Positions 17,944 to 26,823 of a DNA stretch of 64,000 bases are shown one piece after another (within the stretch, counting starts at the first letter, position 1; the number at the start of each line of letters is the position of its first letter). Origin of the DNA: Candidatus Peregrinibacteria bacterium (GTDB taxonomy: Bacteria; Patescibacteriota; Gracilibacteria; UBA1369; LOWO2-01-FULL-3); assembly GCA_030592015.1 (NCBI GenBank), contig JAUUZY010000004.1:6905-70904 (forward strand), given 5' to 3'. Below the pieces are notes generated by a model, which did no database searches, was not told the origin of the DNA, and was given only the letters and a program-made list of their open reading frames with translations. A program made the position numbers and the translations under genes.

Positions 17944-19653
17944 CTACAACTGTTTAAGCATATACGTACCATCAAGCTTATAGCCCTTTTTTACATAGTA
18001 TTCACGAGTACCAATCCCGGCAATAACAGCAATTCTTTTGTAAGAATGTTTAGATGCAAGGTTTTCAGCCTCCTTCATCAACTTAGTCCCCCATCCAACA
18101 TGCTGCTTTTTATTTCCATCACTTTTACCAACTGCAATTTGTTGACCATAAACATGAACTTCCCTGATCAAAGCCGCATTATTAATTTCTTTAATAAAAG
18201 TCTCAGCAGGAAACCTCAATCGCAAAAGAGCAATCAACTTATCCTTCTCTATATCTTCATAGGACAAAAAGAATTCTTTCCCTCCACTCGCATCATATTC
18301 ACGAATCACTAATTTAATATTCTCAGGATTAACCTCTCCATCTTTTATCTCCCTTGTACGAATATCTCGGCATGGAATCCCCTCTTCCTCCATTCTTTTC
18401 TCCAAAACCTGCCTAATATTAGACATTTTAAATCCTGACTCAACATCCTCCGCAGGAATATCTCTCGCCACCCTATCAATACGACACCACTCAGGCACAG
18501 ATTTCATTTCCTCAAACAAAACATCCTCCAGAGTTGCATCATCATATGGCTTGTACTCCCCTTTCCTGAAGGAAATAGCCAAAGTGGATTTTGGCACAAC
18601 CACACAAGGATAGAGCTTTAAATAATCCGGCTGATATGCAGGACCTTCAAACAATTCAGCAACCATCCTTTTATCCAAATCAACCGTAGTTCCAGGCAAA
18701 TTTGGCATCATATGATAGCTCATTTTGAATCCAGCATCTTTTAGCAATTTCGTCGCATTTCGCACAGACTCCAAATCATGCCCACGCTTGGTCAGCTCCT
18801 GAACCTTGTCATCCGTAGTCTGCACCCCCATCTCTATCTTTGTAATTCCAAGCCTACGCATTCTTCTCACCTCAGACTTATTTATAAAGTCAGGTCTAGT
18901 CTCTACGTTTATTCCAATACATCGAACCTTTGCCATCTCATTTGTCTTCACAACCTCATTCCAAGTCAATTTATTTTTATTCAAACTCTTCAAAACCACA
19001 GTACTGACTTCATCTACCCCATATGGACTGGAAATTAAATTTTTCTTCACCAAATTTTCCATCTTATCAGTACGCTTATCCTCAATCTGCTCAGAAAACT
19101 CATTCATCGCCTGCAAACACCTCTTTAGAAACCACGTTTGATATTTTTTGGGATAAGCACTCCATGTTCCACCCAAAACTCTCAACTCAACCTTTGAAAC
19201 TTCATGCCCCGTCATTGCCAAAGCCTTCAAACGAACAAATACCTGCGTGTATGGATTAAACCTCTGACGAAATCCTCTTTGAGCAGCCGGCTGGCTAGGA
19301 AGATAACTCTTTGGCATACGCAAATCAGTAGGACAGTAAACACATTTCCCCGGACAGGCATACGGCTTCATCAAAACAGTCAAAGGCGCCACACCACTCA
19401 TCGTTCGTACACTTCTTTTCTGAATCAAACCCAAGAGTTCTCTATTCGGACTAATCTTCTTTTCTTTTAAAAGATCATTATAGGCCTTAACAAAATAAAG
19501 ATTATGAAATATACGCCCCTTATGCTCTTTTATCACAGAATTTCTAAATTTCTCAAAAGCAGAGCGGTTTTTGAAAGTTTTTTCCGCCGCTCGTTCAATG
19601 ATTATCCTTGCCAATTTTTGATGATCCTCCAGATCAATTTTCGAAAAATCCAT
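17944..19653 (-). CDS. elp3: Elp3-family radical SAM / GNAT acetyltransferase (tRNA U34 carboxymethylation enzyme homolog)
   Basis: 569 aa. A radical-SAM cluster motif CPGKCVYCP is followed by SYLPSQPAAQRG, with a central TIM-barrel region (RIEMGVQT-like KIEMGVQTTDD). The C-terminal GNAT has QHVGWGTKLMKEAE. This architecture is diagnostic of Elp3. Confidence 0.85.
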   Translation of the reverse strand: MDFSKIDLEDHQKLARIIIERAAEKTFKNRSAFEKFRNSVIKEHKGRIFHNLYFVKAYNDLLKEKKISPNRELLGLIQKRSVRTMSGVAPLTVLMKPYACPGKCVYCPTDLRMPKSYLPSQPAAQRGFRQRFNPYTQVFVRLKALAMTGHEVSKVELRVLGGTWSAYPKKYQTWFLKRCLQAMNEFSEQIEDKRTDKMENLVKKNLISSPYGVDEVSTVVLKSLNKNKLTWNEVVKTNEMAKVRCIGINVETRPDFINKSEVRRMRRLGITKIEMGVQTTDDKVQELTKRGHDLESVRNATKLLKDAGFKMSYHMMPNLPGTTVDLDKRMVAELFEGPAYQPDYLKLYPCVVVPKSTLAISFRKGEYKPYDDATLEDVLFEEMKSVPEWCRIDRVARDIPAEDVESGFKMSNIRQVLEKRMEEEGIPCRDIRTREIKDGEVNPENIKLVIREYDASGGKEFFLSYEDIEKDKLIALLRLRFPAETFIKEINNAALIREVHVYGQQIAVGKSDGNKKQHVGWGTKLMKEAENLASKHSYKRIAVIAGIGTREYYVKKGYKLDGTYMLKQL

Positions 19654-19722
19654 ATACTATTATTAGCCCGCGAATTTTACCATATCTATGCCATTTTACG
19701 AAAGATTGATATAATAAAAATA

Positions 19723-20400
19723 ATGAATAAGAAAACCGCAAAAAAATTGCTAAAAAAAGTTGTCGAAGATTACAACAGTATTTCTGATGACTTCAATACA
19801 ACCAGACAGTACGACTGGAAAGAATTCGAGTCCTTTCTTCCACATATCAAAAACAATCAAAAGATTGCCGACCTTGGATGTGGGAATGGGCGCTTCTACA
19901 AGTACATTAACAACAAGAGAGACATCTCGTATTTAGGAATCGACAACAGCAAAGGTCTTCTGGAAAAAGCGAGAAAAGCACACAAAGCAGAATTTATCGA
20001 AGGAGATCTATTGAGTATTCCCCTAGCAAACGAAAATATAGATATAGCCATAGCAATTGCATCATTTCACCACATTCCATCAAAAGAATTAAGAGTAAAA
20101 TCACTAAAAGAGATCAAGCGCATATTGAAAAAAGACGGAAAATTTATATTAACTGTTTGGAACCTCTTTCAGCCAAGATATAAAAAATATATTTGGCAAG
20201 CAGTACTAAGATCTATACTATCTTTAGGTAAATATGACATGAGAGACACATTCATCCCATGGGCAAAGACAGGAGTAAAAAGATACTATTACGCCTTCAA
20301 GGCAAAAGAGCTAAGGAAACTCCTAGAAGAAAACGGATTCGAAATACTTGAAGAAAAAATCAGAAGAAACATCACAATTATATGCAGGAAGAAGCAATAA
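19723..20400 (+). CDS. Trm9/ALKBH8-like class I SAM-dependent methyltransferase
   Basis: By eye it aligns along its length with yeast Trm9: YNSISDDFNTTRQYDW, DLGCGNGRF, IDIAIAIASFHHIPSKELRV, GKFILTVWNL, DTFIPW, RYYYAFKAKEL. The start is set at the ATG at 19723. The ORF-track extension from 19504 is antisense to elp3. Confidence 0.7.
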   Translation: MNKKTAKKLLKKVVEDYNSISDDFNTTRQYDWKEFESFLPHIKNNQKIADLGCGNGRFYKYINNKRDISYLGIDNSKGLLEKARKAHKAEFIEGDLLSIPLANENIDIAIAIASFHHIPSKELRVKSLKEIKRILKKDGKFILTVWNLFQPRYKKYIWQAVLRSILSLGKYDMRDTFIPWAKTGVKRYYYAFKAKELRKLLEENGFEILEEKIRRNITIICRKKQ

Positions 20401-21197
20401 AAATAGCAAAGGTCAGAATCGACAAAACAACTTTGAAGGAAGCAACAGAAACTGCCCTAAAATGGGTCAAAGCTGAAAAACAAAGGCATATAACAACGCC
20501 AAACCCAGAGATCATTCTAGAAGCGAATAAAAATCACAAATTTCTAAGAATATTAAATCACGCCGATCTCAACACAGCAGACGGAACAGGAATACTATGG
20601 GCCGCAAAATACCTACAGGAGACCAAGAAAACACAATCTAAGACAATAAAACTATTCAAAACAATCAAAACCCTGCTTGCAATTCCATTCACCCCTAAAA
20701 GCCTTAAAACAGCACTGCCGGAAAGAGTAACCGGAGTCGACCTATTACAATCAATATGCAAAAACGCAAAGAACGAAAAAATATTCTTCCTAGGAGCACA
20801 AATAGGAGTAGCAGAAAAAACAAAGAAAATACTTGAGAAAAAATATCCGCAACTAAAAATAGTGGGAACACACGCAGGGTCACCAAATTTTGATGAGGAA
20901 AAGGAGATAATAGAGAAAATAAACAAATCAAAAGCAGAAATACTATTCATAGCATACGGAGCACCGGCACAAGAGTTCTGGATCAGCAGAAATTTAAAAA
21001 AAATGCCATCAGTAAAGGTAGCAGCCGGAATAGGAGGCAGCTTTGATTTCATATCAAGCATAAAAAAGCGCGCTCCAAAATGGATGCAACGTATAGGAAT
21101 AGAATGGCTCTATCGCCTAATACAAGAACCAAGTAGATTCAAAAGAATATACAACGCAACCATAAAATTCCCTTTAATTATATTAAGAAAAGGTTAG
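20382..21197 (+). CDS. WecB/TagA/CpsF family glycosyltransferase
   Basis: ITTPNPEIILEA, LNTADGTGILWAAK, FFLGA and EWLYRLIQEPSRFKR are family signatures (WecG/TagA-type). Confidence 0.75.
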   Translation: MQEEAIKIAKVRIDKTTLKEATETALKWVKAEKQRHITTPNPEIILEANKNHKFLRILNHADLNTADGTGILWAAKYLQETKKTQSKTIKLFKTIKTLLAIPFTPKSLKTALPERVTGVDLLQSICKNAKNEKIFFLGAQIGVAEKTKKILEKKYPQLKIVGTHAGSPNFDEEKEIIEKINKSKAEILFIAYGAPAQEFWISRNLKKMPSVKVAAGIGGSFDFISSIKKRAPKWMQRIGIEWLYRLIQEPSRFKRIYNATIKFPLIILRKG

Positions 21198-21466
21198 GCC
21201 TTCTTCTTTTTCTTTGATTTAGTTTTATTCTCAATAATAGTCTCAATATAAGGCTGAGCTCTTTCAATTAAATAATCAATTGCTCTAAGCGGCTGAACAA
21301 TGGTCTTATGAACCTTTGAAATAATCTCTTCAACATCATCAACAACCTTAGTAACGTCTCTCAAAATCAAAATTCCATAAAAAATCAAAATACAAAGAAA
21401 AATCACAAGCAACATAAAACCCATAGCAAGTGACATATTGAGGATATCTCCGGAAGTTGCAAACAT
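21194..21466 (-). CDS. small membrane-anchored protein (one N-terminal TM plus a coiled segment), function unknown
   Basis: A 90-aa ORF with a hydrophobic N-terminus and a Lys-rich tail. It is possibly DUF948-like. Coding status rests on composition only. Confidence 0.35.
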   Translation of the reverse strand: MFATSGDILNMSLAMGFMLLVIFLCILIFYGILILRDVTKVVDDVEEIISKVHKTIVQPLRAIDYLIERAQPYIETIIENKTKSKKKKKA

Positions 21467-21531
21467 AGGAAAAGAGTTAAATACAAAACAATTCTAACGA
21501 ATTACTCCAAGAAATTGAAGCAATTTTTCTT

Positions 21532-22980
21532 TTATGCGATAAGTTTTCTAATAGTTTCATTTGCCATTTGAGGATTCGCCTGCCCCTTCATCTCTTTCAT
21601 GACCTGTCCAACCAAGAAACCAATGGCCTTGTCTTTTCCTGCCTTTATATCTTCAACAGGACCAGGGTTGGCCTCAATAACTTTCTTACATGCAGCCTCA
21701 ATTGCAGCACTATCACTAACTTGCTTAAGCCCCTTTTCATCTACAATCACTCCGGGATTTTTTCCACTCGCATACATCTCCTCAAAAACCTCACCTTTCG
21801 CCGCATTATACGAAATATCTCCATCAGAAACTAATTTTATCAATTCAGCCATCATTTCAGCAGAAACCTTCTGTTCATCAATTTCTATCAATTCCTCATT
21901 CAAGTGTTTCATCAAAACTGTATTGATTAGTGAAACAGCACGCTTGGCATCACCGGATTTATCAACAACTTTCTCAAAATACTGAGCAATTTTCAAATTA
22001 TTAGTCAAAATCCTCGCATCATCTTCAATTAAAGAAAATTCTTCCATATATCTTTTCTTTTTCACATGTGGCAACTCCGGAATCTCAGACCTAAGCTTTT
22101 CAACCATATCTCGAGTCGCATGAATCGGAGGAATATCCGGTTCAGGAAAATATCGATACTCATCACTCTCCTCTTTGTCTCTCATAAAAAAGGTCTTCTG
22201 CTTCTCATCGTTCCACCCCACAGTTATAGGAGACTTCAAAAGTTCATCCTTTTCCCACAATTCTGTTTGCCTTGCAATTTCATAAGAAATAGCACTTTCC
22301 AAGGCCTTAAATGAATTTAAATTTTTGATTTCAGCACGTTCATATAACTTGTCTTCACCTTTTGGCCTCAGAGAAACACTGGCATCAAAACGCATCATCC
22401 CCTTCTCCATATCCGCCTCACTACTTCCTACATATCTCAAAATCTTCTGAATTTCTCTAGCATAAGCCCCAGCCTCAACACTAGAATGCATATCCGGATC
22501 TGAAACAATTTCCATCAAAGGAGTTCCCGCCCTATTAAAATCAACGAGCGATCCATTCCTAACATGGGTCAATTTTCCAGCATCATCCTCCAAATGAAGC
22601 CTCGTAATACCAATCCTCATCATTCTCGGCTCACTCCCCTCATCATCCGTTACCTCAACATCAACATACCCTTTCACAGAAACAGGTTCATCAAACTGAG
22701 AAATCTGAAAACCTTTCGGACTATCAGGGTAAAAATAATTTTTCCTATCAAATTTACTATATTCGGGAATTTCACAATTCAAAGCCAATGCAGCCTTGAT
22801 CCCCTTGCTAACAGCTGTATCATTTACAACAGGAAGCTGCCCGGGAAACCCCATACATACAGGACATGTATTTATATTTGGCTCCTTATCAAAAGAATCA
22901 TTATCACAACGACAAAACATCTTTGTCTTACTTGATATTTGCGCATGAATTTCCAAACCAATTACTGCTTCTAAGTCCAT
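21532..22980 (-). CDS. gatB: Asp-tRNA(Asn)/Glu-tRNA(Gln) amidotransferase subunit B
   Basis: MDLEAVIGLEIHAQI...MFCRC...CPVCMGFPG and a C-terminal GatB/YqeY domain. Confidence 0.95.
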   Translation of the reverse strand: MDLEAVIGLEIHAQISSKTKMFCRCDNDSFDKEPNINTCPVCMGFPGQLPVVNDTAVSKGIKAALALNCEIPEYSKFDRKNYFYPDSPKGFQISQFDEPVSVKGYVDVEVTDDEGSEPRMMRIGITRLHLEDDAGKLTHVRNGSLVDFNRAGTPLMEIVSDPDMHSSVEAGAYAREIQKILRYVGSSEADMEKGMMRFDASVSLRPKGEDKLYERAEIKNLNSFKALESAISYEIARQTELWEKDELLKSPITVGWNDEKQKTFFMRDKEESDEYRYFPEPDIPPIHATRDMVEKLRSEIPELPHVKKKRYMEEFSLIEDDARILTNNLKIAQYFEKVVDKSGDAKRAVSLINTVLMKHLNEELIEIDEQKVSAEMMAELIKLVSDGDISYNAAKGEVFEEMYASGKNPGVIVDEKGLKQVSDSAAIEAACKKVIEANPGPVEDIKAGKDKAIGFLVGQVMKEMKGQANPQMANETIRKLIA

Positions 22981-23046
22981 ATATTTTATTTAATCGTTCA
23001 AACTGGGACAATCATACAAGCCAAAGCCATTTCAAACAAGAAATAG

Positions 23047-23448
23047 TTACAACTTTGCCCCCAAATCATTAAGCGCTCTCCTAAAATGCTTTAAAGCATC
23101 TTTAGCTTCAGCAACAGAAATCTTACCAAGCTCATGAGCTACACGATTACGTAACTTGTGAGCACGCCATACAGCATTTAAATTTGTAAACCTAGAACCT
23201 GCTTTTTTTAGCTTCTCCCCCACCGACCCCTCAAAACCATTTTTGTTTAGCGCATAACTCAAAAGTTTATCAGCATCCAAAATCGCCTTTCCTGGATTTT
23301 TATTCGTCTCAGCAAGAACATTCGTCCAATGTGAATATATATACTGCTGCTCATTTGCAGTAATCCCCTTCCTCCTAGCATTCATAAAAAAAACCACAAC
23401 TGCCAAAAGGAAAATGAAGATAATTATGAAAAGGACAATATAAGACAT
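23047..23448 (-). CDS. membrane-anchored small helical protein with a HEPN-like RNxxxH motif
   Basis: An N-terminal TM is followed by ARRKG, which predicts a cytoplasmic C-domain. That domain is helical, about 105 aa, and contains AHKLRNRVAHELG (R100-H105). Confidence 0.4.
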   Translation of the reverse strand: MSYIVLFIIIFIFLLAVVVFFMNARRKGITANEQQYIYSHWTNVLAETNKNPGKAILDADKLLSYALNKNGFEGSVGEKLKKAGSRFTNLNAVWRAHKLRNRVAHELGKISVAEAKDALKHFRRALNDLGAKL

Positions 23449-23450
23449 AT

Positions 23451-24038
23451 CTAATCTATCTTAGGTTTTTCTATTTTCTTACTTTGAATATGATAAGCAA
23501 TCATCTCTGACAACATATCCTTTAACGCATGATGATCACGAACACTTCTATCTGAAACATATCTATCCTGATATCTCAAAATCAACCTCTCAATCTTCTT
23601 TGGACTTGCTCCATCCAGCAAAACAACTGAAGTTTTAGCACCAAGCTTATCAAGGGTAATTTCACCAAAGTTTAAAATCGTCGCCCAAAATCCCTTAATA
23701 GTAAAACCCACTCCCTCAACCATATGGTACTCAACACGAGTAGAACTCCTGTCAAAAATCCCATTTCGTTCAATATCAATCACTCCAGTATTAGTCAAAA
23801 GCCAAGCATCAAAATACCAATCAACAAAGTGGTAAATCATCACACAAACTCCAACCGCAAACCAGAAAAGTGCAACATATAGAGCTTGAGGGAAAAATAA
23901 AAACAAAACAATTGGAAGAGCTATTCCAAAAAACTGAGTCTTCACAGAATCCTTGTACAAAATAAAAAGGTGCCTATGTGCGACATAGAGTATTTTTTCA
24001 TTGTCATCTAAATGGCTGGCAAACAAAAAATGAAACAC
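23451..24038 (-). CDS. membrane protein, bacterial PH (YdbS/YdbT-like) domain candidate
   Basis: A hairpin of two TM helices is followed by a beta-rich domain of about 90 aa. The stop lies 3 nt upstream of the next gene's start. Confidence 0.4.
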   Translation of the reverse strand: MFHFLFASHLDDNEKILYVAHRHLFILYKDSVKTQFFGIALPIVLFLFFPQALYVALFWFAVGVCVMIYHFVDWYFDAWLLTNTGVIDIERNGIFDRSSTRVEYHMVEGVGFTIKGFWATILNFGEITLDKLGAKTSVVLLDGASPKKIERLILRYQDRYVSDRSVRDHHALKDMLSEMIAYHIQSKKIEKPKID

Positions 24039-24137
24039 TTTTACAAAAATTATGTATACATTGATTATATTATCAATAACTAAGCATTGTAAACAGAAAG
24101 CAAAAGTAATAAGATATCACTACTTTCAGCTACAAAT

Positions 24138-24860
24138 ATGAATAGCAAAACAAAAAAAGTCTTACTTTGGCTACTGGACCTGGGAATTAACATAGCAATC
24201 ATCTTTGGATTGGTAGTAATTATTCAAACTTGGATAATTGCACCATTCGACGTATCAGGAGCATCAATGTGCGATACATTAAACAATATTCATGGACAAT
24301 GTGAAAAAGGATACGGAGAAAAAATAATAATAAACGAAGCGGTATATGCATTTGGAGATCCACAAAGAGGAGACATAGTAGTGTTCAACGTGAATCACGG
24401 GGAAGAGGGCACTGAGGACAAATTTTTTATAAAGAGAGTAATTGGAATGCCGGGAGAAACAGTAGATATACGAGGAGGATGGGTATATATAACAAAACCG
24501 GGAGAAAGTAAGAGCGTAAGGTTGGAAGAATTTTATTTAAACAAAACAAATAGAGGAAATACAGTAGCCTACTTTGATGATTTTACAGTTTTTGAAGTTC
24601 CGGAAGATCGCTACTTCCTTTTGGGAGACAATAGGATCGCAAGTACAGATTCCAGAAGCTGCTTTAAGGGAGCAATCAGTCAGGATTGCAAAGACAACCC
24701 TGAAGAAGCATTTGGAAACATCGAAGACATCAGAGGAAAAGCATGGCTGGTATGGTGGCCAATTTCAAGCGTAAGAGTAATAGACAAAACATATTATCCA
24801 GAACTTGAAGAAGGACCTGAAAATCAAGATGATAATTCAGAATCTCTAGAAGAAAAATAG
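24138..24860 (+). CDS. lepB: signal peptidase I
   Basis: An N-terminal TM, the catalytic Ser box SGASMCDTL, the Lys box KRVIGMPGE and GDNRIASTDSR. Confidence 0.85.
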   Translation: MNSKTKKVLLWLLDLGINIAIIFGLVVIIQTWIIAPFDVSGASMCDTLNNIHGQCEKGYGEKIIINEAVYAFGDPQRGDIVVFNVNHGEEGTEDKFFIKRVIGMPGETVDIRGGWVYITKPGESKSVRLEEFYLNKTNRGNTVAYFDDFTVFEVPEDRYFLLGDNRIASTDSRSCFKGAISQDCKDNPEEAFGNIEDIRGKAWLVWWPISSVRVIDKTYYPELEEGPENQDDNSESLEEK

Positions 24861-25210
24861 AATTCCAAAAGAACAGCAATAACTATAAGAAGCAATCCGG
24901 ACCACCAAGTCAGGACTCTTAACATTTGAAAAACAAGAGAAAACATTGTTATCAAACTCAAAAACACCCCCTGTCTCAAAGAGACATTTATATGCTTATA
25001 GAAAATTTCATTCTTGAAAAGCCACAAGCGAAAATAGAATCCCAAAACAGTAAAGGTGCAAGAAACAGCAATAAAAAAAGTTAAATAAAAGAACATCAAA
25101 GATAATTCCATATTTGCATAAGGACTAAGCTTAGTCACAACAACAATCCAGGCAATCCAAGCAAGAATTCCTGCAAATCCAATAATCGATATGTATTTAT
25201 GATGTGACAT
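24824..25210 (-). CDS. integral membrane protein (4 TM), unknown function
   Basis: 128 aa and hydrophobic. Its start overlaps the end of the upstream udg gene. Confidence 0.4.
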   Translation of the reverse strand: MSHHKYISIIGFAGILAWIAWIVVVTKLSPYANMELSLMFFYLTFFIAVSCTFTVLGFYFRLWLFKNEIFYKHINVSLRQGVFLSLITMFSLVFQMLRVLTWWSGLLLIVIAVLLEFYFSSRDSELSS

Positions 25211-25778
25211 TTAGTTTTTTTAAAATTAGTGGAATTTTTTTAAAGTCCTCAATGAGTACAGATTTTTTTCTGGGATCATATAAGGCGGCAGCAGGATGGT
25301 ACAATGGTAAGAAAACTTGTTTTTCCTGCCAAATCCCCTTAGTTCTCTTTGCCTGTCCATGTGCTTGAGAAATTTTCAAACCGGGAAGGAATCTATCCAT
25401 TGAATGTCTTCCTAAAGTGACTAAAAGCATCGGTTTTATACGCTTCACCTGAGCCTCCAAATAAGGCCAGCAACTTGCAACCTCCTCAACCAAGGGATCT
25501 CTATTAGCAGGCGGTCTGCATTTTACCACATTCGCAATATAAACGTCCTCTCTTTTCATACCAATCTCCGCCAAAAGCTCAGACAAAACTCTCCCCGCAG
25601 CACCCACAAAAGGCTTTCCTTGCAAATCCTCATCCTTACCGGGCCCTTCACCAATAAACATAACATCCGCATCCAAAGAACCATCACCGGGAACAACATT
25701 AGTTCTCGTTTTACAAAGATCGCATTTAGTACAAATCCTCATTTCTTCCTCAATTTTTTCAAATTCCGCTATCTTCAT
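25197..25778 (-). CDS. uracil-DNA glycosylase, family 4
   Basis: The CTKCDLC Fe-S cysteines, GEGPGKDEDLQGKPFVGAAG and HPAA motifs are present. Confidence 0.85.
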   Translation of the reverse strand: MKIAEFEKIEEEMRICTKCDLCKTRTNVVPGDGSLDADVMFIGEGPGKDEDLQGKPFVGAAGRVLSELLAEIGMKREDVYIANVVKCRPPANRDPLVEEVASCWPYLEAQVKRIKPMLLVTLGRHSMDRFLPGLKISQAHGQAKRTKGIWQEKQVFLPLYHPAAALYDPRKKSVLIEDFKKIPLILKKLNVTS

Positions 25779-26796
25779 GTCCAGAGTTTAAAGATTCCTT
25801 TTCTCCCTTAGAACGACTAACACTTACAATCCAGAAAATAAGACTAACAACAAATAAAGGCAGAGAATAAATTAAAACGCTCTTTGCAAGAGCACCAAAA
25901 AAGTGAGCAAAGAGATCAGTAAAGAAATTAATTTGCGCCATATCAGCAACCCCCTCTCCAAACCAATCAATAAAGAATGGAACCAAGAGGATTACAAGCA
26001 ACGTAGATGAAACCAGAAAAGAGGCAGAACAAATAGTTTTAGCCTCCCACTTCAGCACAGTCGAAAACGGCTTGAAAATCAAAAGCCCAATAAAAAGCAA
26101 CAAAGCAAACAAAACCCCGATACCAACAAAGAATGATCCACTTATAAAAGATTTTATAACAGGCATTGCATTACCATTAAAATCAAAAGGAACAAATAAA
26201 GAGAAGACAAATTCAGTAGGAAGCTTACTAAAAACATCCCTATCCAAAATCCCCTCAACCTTCTCAGCAAAATCTTCTCGCGACAGCACATCTCTAACCA
26301 CACAAGAATACCTATCAGTCACACCATCTACAAAAGCATCCACAGACAAATCAAGATCCTCACATTCAGCCAAAGTAGCATACATTCGATCAGAAACTTC
26401 TTTAGTAATTACATCATGATTTTTCTCAAACCAATCCAATGGAACAACAAGATTAAAATTACTCTCCTCGTCAACAGAAAAAGTACTGATTTGATCATAA
26501 ATTCCATCAATAATCAGACCCAAATCATCCTTGGAAATAACCTTTTTCATAATATCCGTAAACTCTTTCCTCTCAATCTCAGCAAATTGCGACAAATTTG
26601 CCTTAGAGGCTATTTCAGCAATAGAAAAATCATAAACAATATCCACAAACCGCTCATCATACAAATCCTTTGAAGTAAATGTATTATAAGACCCCCAAGA
26701 AAAAGCCAGAGGGACGGCCAAAAGAATAAATACAATTGCCAATACGAAAGCAAGAACCTTTCTAATCATTTCTAAATGCTTTAAAGCTGCAAACAA
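25759..26796 (-). CDS. membrane protein with a large extracytoplasmic domain, unknown function
   Basis: 345 aa: an N-terminal TM, a soluble acidic region of about 190 aa, then 4-5 C-terminal TM helices. Confidence 0.45.
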   Translation of the reverse strand: MFAALKHLEMIRKVLAFVLAIVFILLAVPLAFSWGSYNTFTSKDLYDERFVDIVYDFSIAEIASKANLSQFAEIERKEFTDIMKKVISKDDLGLIIDGIYDQISTFSVDEESNFNLVVPLDWFEKNHDVITKEVSDRMYATLAECEDLDLSVDAFVDGVTDRYSCVVRDVLSREDFAEKVEGILDRDVFSKLPTEFVFSLFVPFDFNGNAMPVIKSFISGSFFVGIGVLFALLLFIGLLIFKPFSTVLKWEAKTICSASFLVSSTLLVILLVPFFIDWFGEGVADMAQINFFTDLFAHFFGALAKSVLIYSLPLFVVSLIFWIVSVSRSKGEKESLNSGHEDSGI

Positions 26797-26823
26797 ACTA
26801 ACAAACTTTTCCCTTCAATGAAA

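Noticed and set aside
19504-19722. The 73-codon N-terminal extension of the methyltransferase ORF given in the ORF track.
   Set aside because: It lies antisense to the well-supported N-terminus of elp3 and translates to compositionally odd, hydrophobic sequence. The Trm9-like similarity begins right after the ATG at 19723.
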